The notes: generated from the letters alone by a model not told the origin. Shown: positions 37,128 to 50,496, counted from the first letter of the stretch. The stretch is DNA of 64,000 bases from Malacoraja senta (GCA_038087875.1 CM075993.1:8496001-8560000), one strand, 5' to 3'. Numbers and translations are program-made.

Positions 37128-38446
37128 TGGTGATGAAGTGCTTTGAGAGGTTGGTTATGGTGCACATCAACTCCTACCTCGACAAGAACCTCGACCAACT
37201 ATAGTTCGCATACCGCCACAACAAGTCAACGGTAGATGCAATTTCACTGGCTCTCCACTCCGCACCGGACCACTTGGACAATAAACCACCTACGTCAGGC
37301 TGTTGTTTATAGACTACAGCACGGCGTTTAATACCATCACCCCTACCAAGCTGATTACCAAGCTCACGGAACTGGGCCTCTGCGCATCCCTCTGCAATTC
37401 GATCCTCGACTTCCTCATCCACAGACCACAGTCAGTTCGAATTGGAGGAACCACTTCATCCTCAGTAACAATTAGTAGGGGAGCACCTCAAGGCTGCGTG
37501 CTCAGCCCCCTGCTGTACTCACTCTATACTCATGACTACGTAGCTGGTCATAGTGCAAACTCCATCATCAAGTTCGCTGATGACACCACTGTGGTTGGAC
37601 AAATCACAGATGGGGATGAGTCAGAGTATAGAAGTGAGATCGACCGACTGACCAAATGGTGCCAGCACAACAACCTGGCTCTCAACATCAGTAAGACCAA
37701 GAAACTGATTGTGAACTTTAGTAGGGGAAGGGGATGAAGACCCACAATCCTGTTTATGTCAACGGGATGGAGAGGGTCAATAACTTCGAATTCCTGGGCG
37801 TGCATATATCAGAAGATCTTTCCTGGACCCAGCACACCGATGTAAGTGTAAAGAAGGCACATCAGCGACTCTACTTCCTGAGAAGATTATGGAGATTCGG
37901 CATGTCGAAGAGGATTCTCCTAAACTTCTGCAGGTGCACGGTAGAGAACATTCTGACTGGTTGCATCGTGGCCTGGTTCGGCAACTTGAACGTCCAGGAG
38001 CGAAAAAGACTACAAAAAGTTGTGACCACTGCCCAGTCCATCACCGGCTTTGACCTCCCCATCGTCAAAGGGATCTATCGTAGTCGCTGCCTCAAAAAGG
38101 CAGCCAAAATCATCAAGGACCCTCACCATCCTGGCCACACACTTATCTCACTATTGCCATCAGGTAGAAGGTACAGGAGCCTGAAGACGGTAACGTCCAG
38201 GTTCAGGAACAGCTCCTTCCCCACAGCCATCAGGCTATTAAACACAACGAATAAGCTCTGAGCTCTGAACTGCAAAAGACTAGATTATTATTTGTTATTT
38301 GCACTACATTTGTTATTTATTAAACTTTTTCTTTTTTTTCCCGTTATATACAATGTTTACATATTCACATATTCTGTTGTGCTGCAGCAAGTAAGAATTT
38401 TATTGTCCTGTCCGGGACATATGACAATAAAACATTCTTGACTCTT
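37128..38446 (+). mobile_element. Rex1/Babar LINE 3' half (RT)
   Basis: [72 protein letters not shown]. 3' UTR ends gacaataaaacattcttgactcttg. Confidence 0.88.
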
Positions 38447-39584
38447 GTATTTCCATTGTGATTCAGTGTCAGGACTATGGCCTGCTCTGGTTAATTTGAT
38501 AGAGATCTGTCCTGCTCTATACATGACTGAAGCCCTCCAAGTACACAGGCAGGCAGACATGGTGTATTTCATGTCAGCCTTTATTTCCTGACAAAACATT
38601 AACTTTGTGCTCTGAAGAAGGGTCCTGACCTGAAATGTCATCTGTCCATTCCTTCCACAGATGCTGCCTGACTCGCTGAGTTCTTCCAGCATTTAGCATT
38701 TTGCTTAACAAGGTTATAATAAAAAACCATGACGCAGAGAGATACCATGCTGTCTAAAGATGTGGGAATTTATGGTGAGATTTTAGCCTCCGCAGAAGTT
38801 CCAGTTTGGAACGAGCAGCCAAGAGATATGGATCTTAAATCCACGCTGATTCAGCTGCCTTCATTGACAAAGTTAAGCATTTATCTTGTGTATTAAAGTC
38901 AGGAGTTTGTTAAGGATTGTGCAAGATGACCAGAGGTTGAGACTGTGCGTATTGAGAGGGGAGATGAGACTTTAGCTGGAGGGAGGGGGCCTTGCACAAG
39001 GCTTTTTAAACTGTCAACCTTGGCAGGGAGCAGGAAGAGACAAGATGTGTCCTATTTTGGCTTTTGTCCCTGAAGGAAAGAGCAAGCTGGAGTGTTCATC
39101 TGATCGTGTTACTTTGACCGGACTTTATATGCCCCCTGCAGCCTCGTTGAAGTACTGAGGATGCTGGCTGAGACATTGGCATTTCCTGTTCGCTTGGAAT
39201 GAGTCTGCTGTACCTTTTTATGAGCCATGCAAGATGTCTAACCTGGTTTGCTGATTCTCATGTAAATCGACTGTTTATAAGTTACTGTGAACTCTATAAC
39301 CATTCACATCGACACAGTCCCTGCTGCTGATTCATCTCTGTAATCAGTCTCCAGAACAATAAGAAACCTCTGCAATGATCAAAAATATGTAATATCTGCG
39401 TGGTGTGTACTGCTCGCCAGTGAATGGAAAACAATCACTTGGCACCTTGATTCATGTGTTGCTTAAGGGCTTGAGCATCAGGCGTGTCATTGTGTGCCAC
39501 ACAGATATAAAATATATTATAGAAGATAAATGGATTTCAGACCTTTGGATTCTAAGACCATTTGTGATAACTTCCAATTCAGCA

Positions 39585-39918
39585 GTATGAACATTGATTT
39601 CTCTCATTTTTACTATCCCTGCATTCTCTACCCCCCCCCCCCCCCCCCAGCCCCAGCCCCAGCCCCAGCCCCTGCCTAGTCGTCCTATTAGTTCCGCCGT
39701 TCGCATCTTATATCCCTTTGTTATCACCTCTTCCCCAGCCAACAATGGGCCATTGTGGGCTCCACACTTCCTTGGTCATCTATTCCCAGCCCTGCTTTGT
39801 TCTGGCCTTTTCTTACCTTTCAGTCTGAAGGAGGGCCCCGAGCTGAAATGTCACCCATCCGTTTTCTCCAGAGATGCTGCCTGACCCGTTGAATTACTCC
39901 AGCACTGTGTATCTACCT
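39585..39918 (+). mobile_element. Degenerate Penelope 3' fragment
   Basis: gtatgaacattgatttctc (MNIDFS), pyrimidine-rich UTR, and pLTR cagtctgaaggaggg...gaaatgtcaccc. Confidence 0.72.
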
Positions 39919-40684
39919 TTGGAAGTGTACATAAACATGAAATGGACAATTTTGCAGGAATATGGGACAAATGTTGGTCACTGTTACAAAGACACAGCAT
40001 AGTCACCTGTGCTATAAGATCTGGTGTGTTCCAGAGCAGAATGAGTTGAGCTATAGGGTGACCTGACCAAATCTGTGTTTAATTACCTTATCTATATCCT
40101 GCTCTGCAAGAGTCAGGTGGAGATTATTGCAATAACAATGCCACCACTCAGAGATATTCTGTGCACTGCTTTATTAGTTGGACAACTGCCACGTTTCAAG
40201 AGCTTGTGTGGAAGGGCTGGCACCTTTGCAGGTGAGGCATGCACCTGTTCCGTGTGAAGCCGCTCACACTGCATGGTTCGGTTACAGTGCAGCTCAAGTT
40301 CCATGCGTTTCCACATTTAGAAACAGAAATTTGACATGTCCTCTTGTAAAAAGGTTTCACAAAGGAACTCGATATAACAGTGGCAGCATTGTGCAACTGT
40401 TCATCAGTTAATGCCTCCTTTGTTTACCCACATTGGCAGTGAGTCCAGTCTGTCCCTGGAGAGCTGCCAATTGCTACTCTTGACAACGTAGTCATCTTTG
40501 GCTTCAGACTTGTGTTCAGTAAGTGACCTCTTTAACCAGTTTCCTCTGACTGTGGCAATCTACAATATTCCGTGCACTCTCCTTTTGTTTTGTATCAGCT
40601 GTTTCCCTGTTAAATATTTAACCTAGTGATCAGCTGGTTAACTGTACTTGCTGATAGTGAGGTACCCTCAAGATGCAAAACCAT

Positions 40685-41115
40685 ACGATGGAACTTTCTT
40701 TATCCCAGGAGGGAAATTGATCTGCCAACAGTCATAAAAATACAAAATTAAAGTGACGAGTGGAAAGGCTTGGGGGATGTGCAAAGATTGGAGGGGGGGG
40801 TTCAGTCTCAGTCTATCCCATGACAAAGGGGGGAAGAGTTGTAAAGTTTGATAGCCACAGGGAAGAAGGATCTCCTGTGGTGTTGCGTCATGTATCTTGG
40901 TGGAACCAGTCTGTTGCTGAAGGTACTTCTCAGGTTGCCCAGTGGGTCATGGAGGAGGTGAGCTGTATTATCCAGGATGCTCTGCAGTTTGAGAAGTATC
41001 CTCCCCTCCAAGACCACCTCACATGAATCCAGCTCCGCCCCCAGGATGGAGGCAGCCTTCCTGATGGGTTTGTTGATCCTATTGGCGTCCGCAGCCTTTG
41101 CCCTGCTGCCCCTGA
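40685..41115 (-). mobile_element. Rex1-like LINE 3' fragment
   Basis: DANRINKPIRKAASILG...HLLH...STFSNRL...RRSFFPVAIKLYN. Confidence 0.78.
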
Positions 41116-41370
41116 GATGCATTTGCCTGGTGTCCAGGTCATTGGGTTCTTACACACTGCAGCTTGCAGGAGTTGGTGTTGGAGCATTTGCAATGAAATC
41201 ATTCAACTGCCTGATTCACCTTAATTTTGGATTCTACAGGATTAACTCGGATGAAATGCAGCGTGCCCACATTATCACAGGATTTGCTTGGGGTAGCTTA
41301 TGAATGAATGCAGAGGTTGTTCAGTGGTTTGAATATTTCAATGTCTACTTATTTCTCCCCCCTCTGTCAG

Positions 41371-41458
41371 GTGTCCTGGTGGTTAATGTGACCTGGCGGA
41401 ACAAGACTTATGTGGGAACCCTTTTGGACTGCACAAGACATGACTGGGCACCACCAAG
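41371..41458 (+). CDS. ZNF609: ZNF609 coding exon, 88 bp: (G)[28 protein letters not shown](R)
   Basis: Acceptor ctcccccctctgtcag and donor ag|gtgagc. The peptide is the conserved ZNF608/ZNF609/brakeless motif; CTRHD is the ZNF609-type variant. Phase joins the next exon (AG|G = Arg). Too short to appear in the ORF track. Confidence 0.95.
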
Positions 41459-42247
41459 GTGAGCAAAGAAGAGCTGTATTGTAGTGCTATCATTCAATGT
41501 ACAGAACAGGCACCAGTCACATTTCCTTCGACCCATTTATACTCTGTTCAAATAACAGGATAGATTAATGTGGATTAAAAAATCTGCTCTAGTTTAATCA
41601 TCATTAAGTCTTCTCCCCATGACATCCAAATGTTCCTTGTTAAGTCACTAGTTTGCCTTCATTATCCTGCCCACTGTAGGAATTGGTCACATTGTGAAGG
41701 AGGCTGTTAAGCACGAGCCTCAACTTTCATTCAACAAGATGAAAGCTGATCTCGGACATAACAATAAACATTCACCTTTACAGACAGTCCCCAGGTTACC
41801 ACAGGCTTCCACTCCTGAGTTTTGTTTGGTTCCAACCAACGCCCTATTGTTGAACTTGGTGATGGTGATGGGATCAGGGGTGGTGGAGAGAGAGCAGACA
41901 CATGAAATTGCCCCATTCCCACCCAGCAGAAGGTGCCTGAAGCCCCACAGCGCTTGGCAAATGCATCCCACCAACTCCCAAACACTCATTGGTTTCAGTG
42001 GGGCATTCATAACCTAGACAGCACCAGTATTTTCTCTGGTAACTTTGGTTAACAAGGCTTTAGCATTTTAATGTTTTCAATTCACAATTGCCCTAACATC
42101 AATTTTGGTTTTGCAGAAGCAAAGGTTTCCGAACGATCTAGCACTAATTGCTTGTTATATTCTCTGGTCCTAAATACCCAATGATTGGCTAAATTGAACA
42201 GCTTCCATCCACCCAGCTATCTCCCCCTCTCCCCCCCCCCCCCCCAC

Positions 42248-42524
42248 TAGTTTAGTGTAGAGATACAGCGCGGAAACAGGTCCTTCAATCCACTGAGTCC
42301 ACGCCGACCAGCGATTCCCGTACACTATCACTATCCTACACACTAGGGAACAATTTACAAATTTTTACAGAAGCCAAATTACCCTACAAACCTGCAAGTT
42401 TTTGGAGTGTGGGAGTAAACTGGAGCACCCGGGGAAAGCCCACGCGGTCACATACAAACTCCATACAGATCGCAGCCATAATCAGGATGATAGCCAGGTC
42501 TCTAGCGATGTAAGGCAGCAACTC
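42248..42524 (-). mobile_element. HE1/V-SINE
   Basis: agatacagcgcggaaacagg tail, tttggagtgtgggag..aaactggagcacccgg, and gtaaggcagcaactct. Confidence 0.85.
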
Positions 42525-43263
42525 TGCTTGAAACTTCTGGCATCTGCAACCCTAGTTTCTCCCCTTCCTGGTAATTTCACCTCTGACAGGGAACAAAACT
42601 GAATCTAGTACTCCAGACTTTGGCTTCAGAGGATTTTGTATTGCTGAAGCATAATTTAAACTTCATCCCACAGAAGTCTAGATATAAAGGGCAGGATACC
42701 ATTGGACTATTAACTATTTTTTGTACCTGCCCATGAATGCGCAACCAACTAGAACACTAACAACACTGACCTCAGCAACTATGAACTTCCGACTGAAGAA
42801 GGATCCTGACCCGAAAAATCACCTGTCCAGTTTTTTTCAAGGAAAGCTGCCTGATCTGCTGAGTTACTCCTGCACTTTGTCTTTTTTTTTGTAAACCAGT
42901 ACCTGTAGTTCCTTGTTTCTCCATTAACTTCTATGGACTGTCTTTGGGTGCATAAAGGACTTTCGGGTGGGGGGGGGGGGGGGGGTTCTGCACTAGAATT
43001 ACGGTTATTAATTGAATATTACAAAAATTATTATATATTGTCTGTATTTATAGGGCCTGTTAAGCTGCTGAAAATAAGAATTTTGTTCCTTTGTCGGTAC
43101 ATATAAACACTCTTGACTCTGTCTTGACACTTGACATTTTGATGATCTGCACATACAGCCCACCAATCTCACTGCGTTTAGGGCTGGCGTTTTGCTGAGC
43201 TATCCACTACTTTGAATTAAACAACACAAATCAGACTCCAAATTTCATGCCTGAAATAAGGCA

Positions 43264-43495
43264 AAATGTAGAAACAAAGAACTGCAGATGCTGGCTTATA
43301 CTAAAGGTAGACACAAAGTGCTGGAGTAACTCAGCCGGTCAGGCAACAACTCTGGAGAACATGGAGAGGTGACGTTTCAGATACGGACCTGAAGGAGGTC
43401 ACTTCTTCAGGTTCCGACCCAAAACGTCACCTATCCATGTTCTCCAGAGATGTTGCTTGACCCGCTGAGTTACTCCAGCACTTTCTGTCTATCCT
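43264..43495. mobile_element. PLE pLTR fold-back insertion with 12-bp TSD tgaaataaggca
   Basis: TSD copies at 43252-43263 and 43496-43507; inverted arms. Confidence 0.86.
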
Positions 43496-44419
43496 TGAAA
43501 TAAGGCATTTTAATTTGATAGTAGACAGTGAATAAATAGTTTTCCTAAACATTATGTCAGGGTGGGAAACCAGACTACTGCAATGAAGCGCAAGTGGAGA
43601 ATGTTAATATGCTTGATCTTTTAAGAAGCTTATTTCAATCTTCAATTCTTTTAGTTCTCTTTTAAGCTTGCAGTTACTTTCAGCCATCGTGGGGGTAGTG
43701 AACTTTGAAACTATTTTGACATTGAAGAGTTTAAGTTAGCATAAAAACATGACACCAGTGCACAATAGCAGAGAGTGACAGGACATGAGGCAGCTTCAAT
43801 GGTCCTTCGTTCCGATGCTGTGAACTCGCCAGCTTTATTGTGAGGCAGTGCCTTGCAGGTACAGCTGATGAGAGAGACAAGTGGGGAATAAGATGTTGAA
43901 CTAGGGAGAGGGGGACGGTGGGTAGAAGGGAGCAGGGAGGGGGATGGCCAGGAAATGGGGGACCTGGAGTAAAGAGGGATGGGTGATGAGCAGGTCTGGG
44001 GTGAGTGGGGGGCAAGTGGGTAGGTGACGGGGGCTGTGAGAGTGGAAAGAAAGGTGTGCATAGGGGTGGGTGGGGGGTGAGCAGGTGGGTAGATGAGAAG
44101 GGTGGGGGCGGTATTCTGAAATTGAGAAGATGTGGGGGTGTCTGTCCATTTCCCTCCACAGATGCTACCTGGTCCGCTGTTCCACTGGCAGTCTGTTTTT
44201 GATCAAAATTCTGGTATTGCTTTATTCTTGTCACGTGTGCTGCGATACAGTGAAAAGCTTTGTATTGCCTGCTCTCCTGGCAAATCACACTACACTAGTC
44301 CATCAGGTGGTGCACAAAATATAATAGTGTGTCAACTACAGACAACAAGTGCACGGTCTGCAACGAGGTAAATTGCAGGATCGGGATATTATCTCGCCAT
44401 AATATGTGAGATTTCCATT

Positions 44420-45112
44420 CAATAGACAATAGACAATAGGTGCAGGAGTAGGCCATTTGGCCCTTCGAGCCAGCACCGCCATTCAATGTGATCATGACTG
44501 ATCATCCCCAATCAGTACCCCATTCCTGCCTTCTCCCCATATCCCCTGACTCCGCTATTTTTAAGAGCCCTATCTAGCTCTCTCTTATTATTTTTAAGAG
44601 CCCTATCTAGCATCCAGAGAACCTGCCTCCACCGCCCTCTGAGGCAGAGAATTCCACAGACTCACCACTCTCTGTGAGAAAAAGTGTTTCCTCGTCTCCG
44701 TTCTAAATGGCTTACTCCTTATTCTTAAACTGTGGCCCCTGGTTCTGGTCTCCCCCAACATCGGGAACATGTTTCCTGCCTCTAGCGTGTCCAAGCCCTT
44801 AACAATCTTATATGTTTCAATGAGATAGCCTCTCATCCTTCTAAACTCCAGAGTGTACAAGCCCAGCTGCTCCATTTTCTCAGCATATGACAGTCCCGCC
44901 ATCCCGGGAATTAACCTGTAAACCTACGCTGCACTCCCTCAATAGCAAGTCTGTTCTTCCTCAAATTAGGGGACCAAAACTGCACACAATACTCCAGGTG
45001 TAGTCTCACTAGGGCTCTGTACAACTGCAGAAGGACCTCTTTGCTCCTATATTCGATTCCTCTTGTTATAAAGGCCAACATGCCATTCGCTTTCTTCACT
45101 GCTTGCTGTACC
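44420..45112 (-). mobile_element. CR1 LINE 3' fragment
   Basis: Same subfamily as 22283-23003, with a (caataga)n tail. Confidence 0.9.
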
Positions 45113-45139
45113 TTCAAGAGTCTAATAAAAAAAACAGTG

Positions 45140-45380
45140 AAGACAGGAGTGGGGAGAAGAGAGAATGACCGGGGTGTGAGTGATCCTTGATTATGTTTGC
45201 TGCTTTCCTGAGGCAGTGTGATGTGTAGGCTGATATCGGGGGGGGGGGGGGGGCGGAATGGAGGCTTCGCTGTGTGATGGTCTGGCCTCCAGTCACAACT
45301 CACAGAAATATTGTGCAGCCCTGGGCAGCGCAGTTGCCACATGAAACTGCGATGCATCAGGATAGTATGATTTGTATGCA
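45140..45380 (-). mobile_element. Rex1/Babar LINE fragment
   Basis: YTSHCLRKAANIIKDHSHPGHSLFSPL. Confidence 0.7.
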
Positions 45381-45782
45381 ATCCCTTGTGTCACAAGTTG
45401 ACCAGCACAATTGGTGAATGGGTAGAAGTATCAGTTTATCGATGAGAAAATGGTTAAAATACAAAAAGTATGTGTTAATCTATTCCTCAGTGTTACTCCT
45501 TGGCAAGTGCTTCATCAATTATTTTCTCAGTGGGTCATGGCTGACGTCTGTAAGTTACATTGGGAATAGCAACTGCTTATCATTTCTGTCCCCATGTCCT
45601 TAATACTCAGGAATCTCTTTTGGACATGCAATATCTTCTTTGCTGTGTGCCTTGGATTTCATGGCTGGTGTCCTATTCTAGGTACTTGATTATCTATTAA
45701 ATTCGGGTTGTCAATGATAAACCTCGTGGAGTATTGCTTGTTCATGTCGGCGCAGTCGATGACTTTTGTTTGCGTTTTCCAG

Positions 45783-48237
45783 GTTTTGTGAATCGCCAAC
45801 AAGTGACCTTGAGATGAGAGGGAACAATCGCGGGCGGGGGAAGCGAGTACGGCCCAGCACAAGCGCTCCAGTGATTGAGGCTGTCGTGGTTCCAGACACC
45901 AAGGTTATTACCAAGACTCGGGCGTGTTCCAGCAGCAAGGGGCGTCGGGGCAGCCAGAACTCTTCAGACAGTCGCACCCCCACAAACCCAGTGGAAGACG
46001 TCAAGGCAAGTCCTTCAGCGGGCAACAAGCGGAAGAACAAGCATGCTCCCGATTTGGACTTAACCTCAAGTTCCGAGGACTCAAAGGGAGGGAAAAGGAT
46101 GCGTTCAAACTCGCGCGGGGCAGCAACGCCAACCCCCGTCATGGTGGTGAAGCCCGAGGCGTCCGTGCCTGAGCATAACTGTCCGTCTCCCATCCTCATT
46201 GACTGTCCCCACCCCAACTGCAACAAGAAATACAAACACATCAATGGCCTGCGCTACCACCAGGCTCACGCACATACAGACAGTGACGGGAAGATTGAGG
46301 GTGACATTGACAGCGAGGAGAAGAACTCCGATGGTGAGGACTGCACCCAGCATCCGTCACTGAGTCAGGATTCCAGCAGCTGCAATGGTTCCTCCAGCTC
46401 CCACACGTTCTGCCAGTCGAAGGGCTACATGTCCCCAGCACGATCTGTCACACCAAAGGGCAGGAGGGAAGGCAGCATGGAGGCCCACAGCCCTTCCTCT
46501 GCCATGAAGCTTGGGACTGGGAAGAACGCCAGTAAAAAGAAACCCACTTCAGAGGCCGATGCGGAGTCTGGTGGGTTGTATAATGTTGATTGTTCAGAGG
46601 AAGGGCTTCCGGTTGCCAGCCCGAGTGACGACACAGGAAATGATGGTGACGACTCCACTGAGAAGAAATCGGCCTTGGAAAAAGACAAAGCCAAGAAATC
46701 GAGTGGTTCAAAATCAGATAAGCTTCCACTCAAAACAAAGTCTGCCAGGCCGATTGTCCCCGCCATGACGCCAGCACAAATGTACAGTTTCTCCACTGCC
46801 GCTTTTACTGCCTCGGGCCCGGGCTCTGCCCCTGGTTTGGCTACCACCGTTGTTCAAGCAATGTCCAAGAGCCCTCCGCTCAAACCCATTCAGCCCAAGC
46901 CCACCATCATGGGGGAACCGTCGACGGTGAACCCAGCACTCACGCCCTTGAAGGAGAAGAAGAAAAAGGAGAAGAAGAAGAAGGATGCCAAAGAGGCTGC
47001 GAGCCCCAAACCTCTGGGCAAAGTGGGGGCAAAGCCGGAAGATGGCAAGAGCCCTTTCCGGGATCCCGCTGCGGACTCTGTGGCTAAAGCCGAGGGGCTC
47101 CTAAACGGGTCGTCCGAGTCGCACGAAAGTCGCCTGGCCAGTATCAAGGCCGAAGCGGACAAAATCTACAGCTTCACCGACAACGCACCCAGTCCGTCCA
47201 TCGGTACGGCCAGCAGGCTGGAAGGCACGGGCCTGGTCACGCCTATTACACCCTTGCACGTGGTGACACAGAATGGAGCCGACAGCTCGTCGGTGAAGAC
47301 CAACAGTCCAGCGTACTCGGACATCTCAGATGCAGGGGAGGACGGAGAGGGGAAGGGAGATGGCAGTAAAGTCAAAACCTCCTCCCCGGACCAGATGGCC
47401 AAGGAAAGTGCCAAGAAAGCTTTATTTTCCTCATCATCCTCCTCCTCCTCCTCTTCCTCGTCCTCACGAACTCAACCACCTATAAATAAAGAAACCCACT
47501 CCCCGTACTACCAAGGTTACGACACGTACTATTCTCCGAACTACGCCCACTCGAGTCCTGGAGGTGCCAGCGGAGGCTCGGCGGCGGTGGGCCACTCGGT
47601 CAAGATCAAGAAGGAGGTGGACGAGGAGGGTGTGGAGGTGAGGGTCAAAGTGGAAAGCGCAGACGACAAGAAGACAGAAATGAGCAGTGCGGGCCACCAT
47701 CCTTCAGTGATACAGCAGCGCTCCCAAATGTACATGCAGCCTCTGTATTACGGTCAGTATGCCTACGTGCCCCAGTATGGCTACAGTGATCAGGGCTATC
47801 ACAGTCACATGATGAGCACAAACCCAGGCTACAGGCAGCAGTACGAGAAAATGTGCGAGGAGCAGCACAAACAGAGGCACGAGCAGAACCGCGGGAAGCA
47901 CAGCAGCAACGATCACGACAAGAAACAAGAGCACGCCATCAAGGAGCGGGAGGAGTGGAAGCAGAAGGCTCCTGCCTCTGCCACCCTCTCTAAAGCACCG
48001 AGCTTGACAGACCTTGCAAAACCTGTGCCTAACAAGCCCAAGGACCCGGCGGACTCCATAAAGTATGGCATAATGGCAAAAGCAGATGATACCTCCAAGA
48101 TGCAGACACAGCAGGCAGAAGGATTAAAGATGAAATTAACTGAGGGGAGTCACCTTGGGAGGGAGTTGTGTGAAACAAAACAAGGTCTGGAGTCAAGCAA
48201 GCACTCTGGAATGGATCCAGGACTGTGGTACAGACAG
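45783..48237 (+). CDS. ZNF609: ZNF609 large coding exon, 2455 bp (FCESPTSDLEMR...GLWYRQ), containing the single C2H2 zinc finger
   Basis: Lies within ORF 45766-48303. Acceptor gcgttttccag, donor cag|gtaaga. Motifs CPHPNCNKKYKHINGLRYHQAHAH, RLASIKAEADKIYSFTDNAPSPSIG, NSPAYSDISDAGEDGEG and EGLKMKL. GSQNSS, EDVKASP, HAHTD and LWYRQ favour ZNF609 over ZNF608. Confidence 0.95.
46204..46275 (+). other. ZNF609: C2H2 zinc finger coding segment (C-x4-C-x12-H-x4-H)
   Basis: Translates to CPHPNCNKKYKHINGLRYHQAHAH. Confidence 0.93.
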
Positions 48238-50334
48238 GTAAGACCCAAAAATAATCCGTGGAGTCATTTCAGGTTTTCTGCTTTACCAGACGGCATCTTT
48301 TAACTAAGGACATTCATTCAGCTTTCCATTGTCCTGTCTGATTGTAGTGTAGTGTAGTGTAGTGGACAATCACTCAGGACATCACTCCATCATGAAGAGT
48401 GCTGGAAACAGTACAATATTAGCACAGACTAAACTGACACACATGTAAAAAAACAATCTGCCTCCGCACTATTTTTCACATTTCAAGATGGCCCAAAGTA
48501 CTTTGTAAGCAGAGAATAATTTTGTAAAATGCAGTCACTGCTAGGCAGACCTAACATTCAATTTGCACAGAGGAAGATTTTGGTTTTGCGGATGTAGACT
48601 GGGAATTCAATGTTGACCAAGACGTAGAGAACTTCCCTGCTTTTGGAAGGATGCATTTTTTTAATACACTCACCTGGGGCAGCTTACACTCTCGTTTGGA
48701 AAAACAGCATGTTTAACAATGTGGCATTCCTTTAATTGCGCACTACAGTGTTAAGCCCGAGGCCACAGCCAACAACTCAGGAAAAAGAGCTCTTCAATAA
48801 CATAACAATTCACTTGTTCCATTTAACTGTTAAGGATTGCAAAGGGGGAGAAGAGCTATCTACGTAAGTAGTTGTGATCCAATAGTTCTTTATCATAACG
48901 TTGAATAATCAGCCTCTAATCTGAAAACCTTTCCTCATAAACACTCATAGTTATTGGTCAGGATGCAGACATGCGTGTGAATTGTAAAAATCACTCTCAT
49001 TTTGTTTGGAAAAGTGAAGTTCTTACACATTTTTGGATGTTGAACACCATGGTTTGAAGGAAACTTTCTAAAATCAAAAATCCCATTAAAATAACCAATT
49101 TGTAAGCCTGGGCTGACATTGAGACTTGAGATCAAGTTTATGTGGAGTTATTGTCCTTTGTTGAAGAAGTTGATCGAGGAGCAAACAGCCAACCCTACTC
49201 TTCGAGTCAGAGTTGCACGGTTTTGAATGGCTCTCATTCCATCACTCCATCTGTGGAGTGCACTGGCATCATTGAAGCCACTTGATCAGAGGTTAGCAGT
49301 GAAAAATGCACTCTTTTTCACTGACATACATTTCCATTCAGTTAATGATATGCCATGACTGATTTTACAACACTGAGCTGCTTCCAAGCATTTTATATTT
49401 AATTAACTCTCTTAAGGCTTCAGCTTAATGTCTTTAAATTTTGAGAGAGCACACAACTTCTGCTTGCCTAACCTTTCAATGGAGAGAGTATATGCCACCA
49501 GATGTTGCACAGTCCCTAATGTCAACGTAACTATCCAGTTTTTTAGTTGTGATGTACTTTAGCAAAATCCTCCAAATCCTTTACACATACCGACTCTGGA
49601 GTTAAAAACCGTGTGCAATATTTTAACTAGTTATCTGGTGACATTATTCATTATTCATTGCGAGTAAAGTTTACCAGTTGGCCTCATTCCAATTCTAATA
49701 TTAAATTGTGACCAAAATGTGTTACAATTGGACAAGGAGTACACACATAATGTTAATAGCCTAGTATTTTCATATCTGACTGAGCGCCTCAAGGGGCTTG
49801 ACAAATCAGAAGAAAACCTTATTTTTTAAAGACATTGGCTCATTTCACTGATATTGCATGTGGAAGGATGCAGCCTCTTTATTGGAAGGAGAGGGGAAAA
49901 AATCAGTCAGTATTCACTTATCAGCCAGTGACTTCCGGCCCAAGTTAGTGAGTGTGGGGATCGGGTGAGACAGGGTTCATTGCTGCTCTGTGGCTCCGTT
50001 ATATCACCCATGAGTGCCAGGTCCTCACCATAACTGGCGCTCAGGTAAATAAAATGATGAGGTGAGATGACACTGGGTGATCTTCCCATCACATCAAGGT
50101 GTGAAGCATCGTTGGATGCAGGACAACGACAACATTGCAAAAGCAAAAATAAATGTTCACCTCAATCTTAGACGACCATGATATTTATTTCACCGTTACT
50201 TATATTACCTAATTTTAGATTTTTTTTTGCTTGTGATATGGATCCTGTAACTTGTTTGAATTTGTGTTTAAGTGTGATTTCTTTGCTCTTTATACTTTCA
50301 TGGTAAAATTTACTTATACAATATCTTTATTGTT

Positions 50335-50496
50335 TAATAAACATTTACACGGGGTACATGGATGGGATAGGGTAGGTTTAGAGGGATATGGACCAAATGC
50401 AGGCAGGTGGGAGTTGTGTAGATGGGACATGTTGGCTGGTGTGGGCAAGTTGGACTGAAGGACCTGTTTCCACCCTGTAAGACTATGACGCTATGA
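50335..50496 (+). mobile_element. CR1 3' end
   Basis: ggtttagagggatatggaccaaatgcaggcaggtggg...gaaggacctgtttcc...gactatgacgctatga. Confidence 0.75.

Noticed and set aside
1..41370. Upstream ZNF609 exon (CLGPCEPGTSVNLEGIVW motif)
   Set aside because: Not found by eye or in the ORF track. It probably lies upstream of the window, so the intronic status of this region is inferred.
43880..44130. Pro-rich minus-strand ORFs
   Set aside because: Low-complexity G-rich sequence next to a decayed pLTR remnant; no coding motifs.
45659..48098. Antisense and alternative-frame ORFs over the large exon
   Set aside because: Shadows of a GC-rich coding sequence with no recognisable motifs.
45766..48303. 845-aa ORF as a standalone single-exon gene
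   Set aside because: The start is a non-ATG artefact. Canonical splice sites at 45783 and 48237 link it in phase to the neighbouring ZNF609 exons.
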